From an uncultured virus (IMG/VR IMGVR_UViG_3300031772_000018) (taxonomy: Duplodnaviria > Heunggongvirae > Uroviricota > Caudoviricetes), in IMG/VR virus record IMGVR_UViG_3300031772_000018: a DNA stretch of 20,000 nucleotides, one strand, 5' to 3'. The notes under the pieces were generated by a model that did no database searches, had not been told where the DNA came from, and saw only the letters and a list, made by a program, of their open reading frames with translations. Position 1 is the first letter of the stretch. Each line of letters opens with the position of its first letter. The position numbers and the translations under genes are program-made. Of the stretch, positions 18,401 through 20,000 are shown piece after piece.

Positions 18401-18460
18401 TATAAAGTGTATAGAACAACATTAGTTGCATCGCCAAGTGGTAATTTTATATTTAGTTAA
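15452..18460 (+). CDS. Large virion structural / fibre-like protein with SASYA repeats
   Basis: 1002 aa, beta-rich and S/T/Y-rich. Hexapeptide repeat block at about 17417-17722. C-terminal domain YPYLYG...YMYFAYPASY...YKVYRT of a type seen in phage virion proteins. Confidence 0.6.
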   Translation: MSNVRTISGTKYDLLRLKVDIEDTNYRSEYFTVSDLADTLTSGKTFFTINGSDKLKKNSNILVEVLDSKGTVLFYELTKSGYHLYRDTTDLVVAITVSDNISPGLGKIVLVGTTANGKSVRWSTNIKINPALDNSSRIIYLKTPELFTQEVLSYVLNEALSTTIQNDAILSGNATGSSLFPKNYSDYDSFYQKDTSFSYKLYAYSIVSTLGVDNVFDLENINTPIDLYVTKISYLNNENNIVTLNVSLTQSFLIQSVVNNNTVVLNKPFIYSFSGINQIVPVVESKFINNYVSSTYITTSQLITSADPDGAPNPSVFQTSTTSSASLREGFLDVTYKAIKPFTGKAARHKIYRRSLNKSSGWTNMADEPLFNTNILIDDVTVNRAYKDLGIYYNQNHISTYYYSSSALISMSYDSSVKLNSMNVVCGGLPDYNLSQSNYIILKNNSSLLTSNTYKSTYVPYDSSSFLTKKGAAYDSNFIKFYKQTNYLFSADLELASLSSSADAKLIFYLTGSYNLPYVGTETAYVEGRGIKLAEYPVKRGVNYVKFNAADVGSLFAFNNDLIGTVSIVPVNLASFKISNWNIYTYSEFGCSPDLYITRIPFPVTIKNEQFELKFELLDINSKLVYSFPNKIINFDPNGYTLYKNITSNYSVSSLSSSYTTTASWASKTISASYALTSSYALSSSWAPSSTNISSSYALTSSFAVSASWAPSSTFISASYALTSSYALTATSASYAPGAPSISASYALTSSYAITSSESGTGYNGNRTIKRSPYTTLNVGGTSLKDFIENFFFPFVPATVAISSGGTTYYETGSNQNISVVSTITANDEITFGSSSVYRDSAAWNTTGSPSPLIFTFTDTTISSSHTYQTSTQTNNNGSPTVISSNTKTATFIYPYLYGMSVTAGLSGVALYTGLSGKSITPQGSKTFNYSGTAVYMYFAYPASYSDLVSILDPNSFQVIGSFQYSGSVPVTSSGLSTDWMQTYKVYRTTLVASPSGNFIFS
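17417..17722 (+). repeat. Coding [S/T]-[A/S]-S-[Y/W/F]-A-x hexapeptide repeats
   Basis: ISASYALTSSYALSSSWAPSSTNISSSYALTSSFAVSASWAPSSTFISASYALTSSYA...; the DNA segment GCATCATATGCTTTGACCAGTTCATATGC recurs. Confidence 0.9.
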
Positions 18461-18463
18461 TTT

Positions 18464-20000
18464 ATGTCAATAACATTAATAGATGGATTTATAAATACAG
18501 CAGCCTTACCGGTTGATTTAAAATCGGTGTGGGCTTCAACCTCCAGCTTGTATACATCCTCAGCAGGTGGATTCATATCTTCTTCATGGCGTTATGTTGG
18601 TATGACTGTTTACTGCCAAGACGCATCTTCTTCATATCAATTGATTGACGGAGTAGTCGATGCAAATTGGGTTAAACTTACCACAGGAAGCAATTATATT
18701 TCTTCTAGTTATGCCTTAACTTCTTCATACACATTAACCGCTAGTTTTGTGTCCGGAAGTAGTGGAAATGCCGCTTCCGCTTCTTATGCCTTAACAGCAT
18801 CATATTTAAATCCTGGCACATATAGTATTACTTCAAGTTGGTCTAATAATTCCATATCAGCATCGTATGCTCTATCAAGTAGTAATGCAATTAGTTCTTC
18901 ATGGGCTTTAACCGCCAGTTACTTTAATGATATTGACTTAACAGTACCTAGTGCTTCATGGGCATCTTCTTCGATTAGCTCATCTTATGCTCTATCAAGT
19001 TCTTATGCAACAATAGCAACAAGTGCTTCAGCCGCGACAAGCATTACTTTTACGCCAACTACAGCATCATATGCAATAAGTTCTTCTTGGGCTTTAACCG
19101 CTAGTTACTTTAATGATGTTGACCTAACAGTGCCTAGCGCATCATGGGCATCTTCTTCGATAAGTTCGTCTTATTCTTTGTCAAGTTCCTATGCAGAAGT
19201 AGCAACTAGCGCCTCTTACGCAACCGCTTCATTCCAAACTGTGAGCGCATCCTTTGCTACGACTTCTTCATGGGCGTTAACAGCTAGTTACTTCAATGAC
19301 ATTGACTTAACAGTGCCTAGCGCATCATGGGCATCTTCATCAATAAGTGCTTCATATACATTATCAAGTTCCTATGCAGTAACAACGACCAGTGCATCTT
19401 ACGCTTTATCGAGTTCCTACGCAGCAACGGCAACTAGCGCTTCAACTGCAACAAGTATTACCTTTACACCAATAACGGCATCATATGCAACGACAGCTTC
19501 GGCTGCTACAAGCATTACTTTTATACCAACAACCGCATCATTTGCAACAACAGCAAGTTGGGCACTAACCGCAAGCTATTTTAATGACATTGACTTAACA
19601 GTACCTAGTGCCTCTTGGGCATCTTCCTCAATAAGTGCTTCATATGCCTTATCAGCGTCATGGGCTCCTGATTTAACTATAACTCAAGTATCGGCTAGTT
19701 ATGCCCTAACAGCAAGCTGGGCGTTAACAGCTAGTTACTTTAATGATGTTGACTTAACAGTACCCAGTGCATCTTGGGCATCTTCATCAATTAGTGCTTC
19801 CTACTCGACCACCGCAAGTTTCGCTCCAAATCAAAGCATAATGATACTTGGTTCGGGTACTTGTTCAACACAACGGAGTGGCAGTGGTAATACTGCTAGT
19901 GGTAATTGTTCGACAGTAGGTGGTGGCGTTGGTAATACTGCTAATAGTGTTTATTCAACTATTGCGGGTGGTGTCAACAACGCCGCGTATTGTATCGGAC
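18464..20000 (+). CDS. Tail fibre / adhesin-like protein (3'-truncated; absent from ORF track)
   Basis: ATG at 18464, 3 nt after the previous stop; frame open to the window end. MSITLIDGFINTAALPVDLKSVW...WRYVGMTVYCQD..., then a long SASYA repeat stalk, then 15-aa NTASGNCSTVGGGVG-type repeats resembling YadA/Hep_Hag head beta-roll repeats. Confidence 0.8.
   Translation, partial: MSITLIDGFINTAALPVDLKSVWASTSSLYTSSAGGFISSSWRYVGMTVYCQDASSSYQLIDGVVDANWVKLTTGSNYISSSYALTSSYTLTASFVSGSSGNAASASYALTASYLNPGTYSITSSWSNNSISASYALSSSNAISSSWALTASYFNDIDLTVPSASWASSSISSSYALSSSYATIATSASAATSITFTPTTASYAISSSWALTASYFNDVDLTVPSASWASSSISSSYSLSSSYAEVATSASYATASFQTVSASFATTSSWALTASYFNDIDLTVPSASWASSSISASYTLSSSYAVTTTSASYALSSSYAATATSASTATSITFTPITASYATTASAATSITFIPTTASFATTASWALTASYFNDIDLTVPSASWASSSISASYALSASWAPDLTITQVSASYALTASWALTASYFNDVDLTVPSASWASSSISASYSTTASFAPNQSIMILGSGTCSTQRSGSGNTASGNCSTVGGGVGNTANSVYSTIAGGVNNAAYCIG
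18902..19795 (+). repeat. Five interspersed copies of a 26-aa (78-nt) module WALTASYFND[I/V]DLTVPSASWASSSIS
   Basis: Copies start at 18902, 19088, 19271, 19559 and 19718, all in the 18464 frame, with synonymous differences between them. Confidence 0.92.

Noticed and set aside
18902..19795. Interspersed 78-nt repeats, considered as CRISPR or DGR template/variable repeats
   Set aside because: All copies are in frame with synonymous differences, spacing is irregular, the differences are not adenine-specific, and no reverse transcriptase is in the window.
17417..19830. Ice-nucleation protein repeats
   Set aside because: They lack the 16-aa AGYGSTxTA periodicity; the repeat here is a Gly-poor hexapeptide.
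1..20000. Alternative genetic code (stop-codon recoding)
   Set aside because: The standard code already gives near-complete coding density with full-length enzymes, so recoding is not needed. The called genes end in TAA, so it cannot be fully excluded genome-wide.

Overview
AT-rich, gene-dense window that reads as part of a large tailed dsDNA phage genome, probably an uncultured myovirus. It starts with the 3' end of an EF-hand-like repeat gene. Next comes a baseplate/tail module: a 1593-aa wedge-like protein with a KSKGT motif, a 211-aa protein, and paralogous 362-aa and 1019-aa proteins, the larger carrying a 7-blade FG-GAP-like propeller and two dockerin/EF-like loops. A 188-aa protein of seven 22-aa His-containing repeats follows. 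A small replication/recombination island (GIY-YIG endonuclease, DnaG-type primase, single-chain Mre11-Rad50/SbcD-SbcC fusion) is then followed by two Ser-rich fibre-like proteins with SASYA hexapeptide repeats; the last is missing from the ORF track and runs off the window end. The most unusual signals are: (1) an [S/T]-G/A/S-S tripeptide enriched in the putative virion proteins, with [S/T]GS absent from the primase and the fusion (candidate modification sequon); (2) modular insertions into a duplicated baseplate scaffold; (3) the 22-aa repeat protein; (4) the Mre11-Rad50 fusion; (5) a TAT[T/A]TAT motif just upstream of start codons, suggesting short-leader late transcripts. All assignments are by-eye motif recognition; no searches were run.
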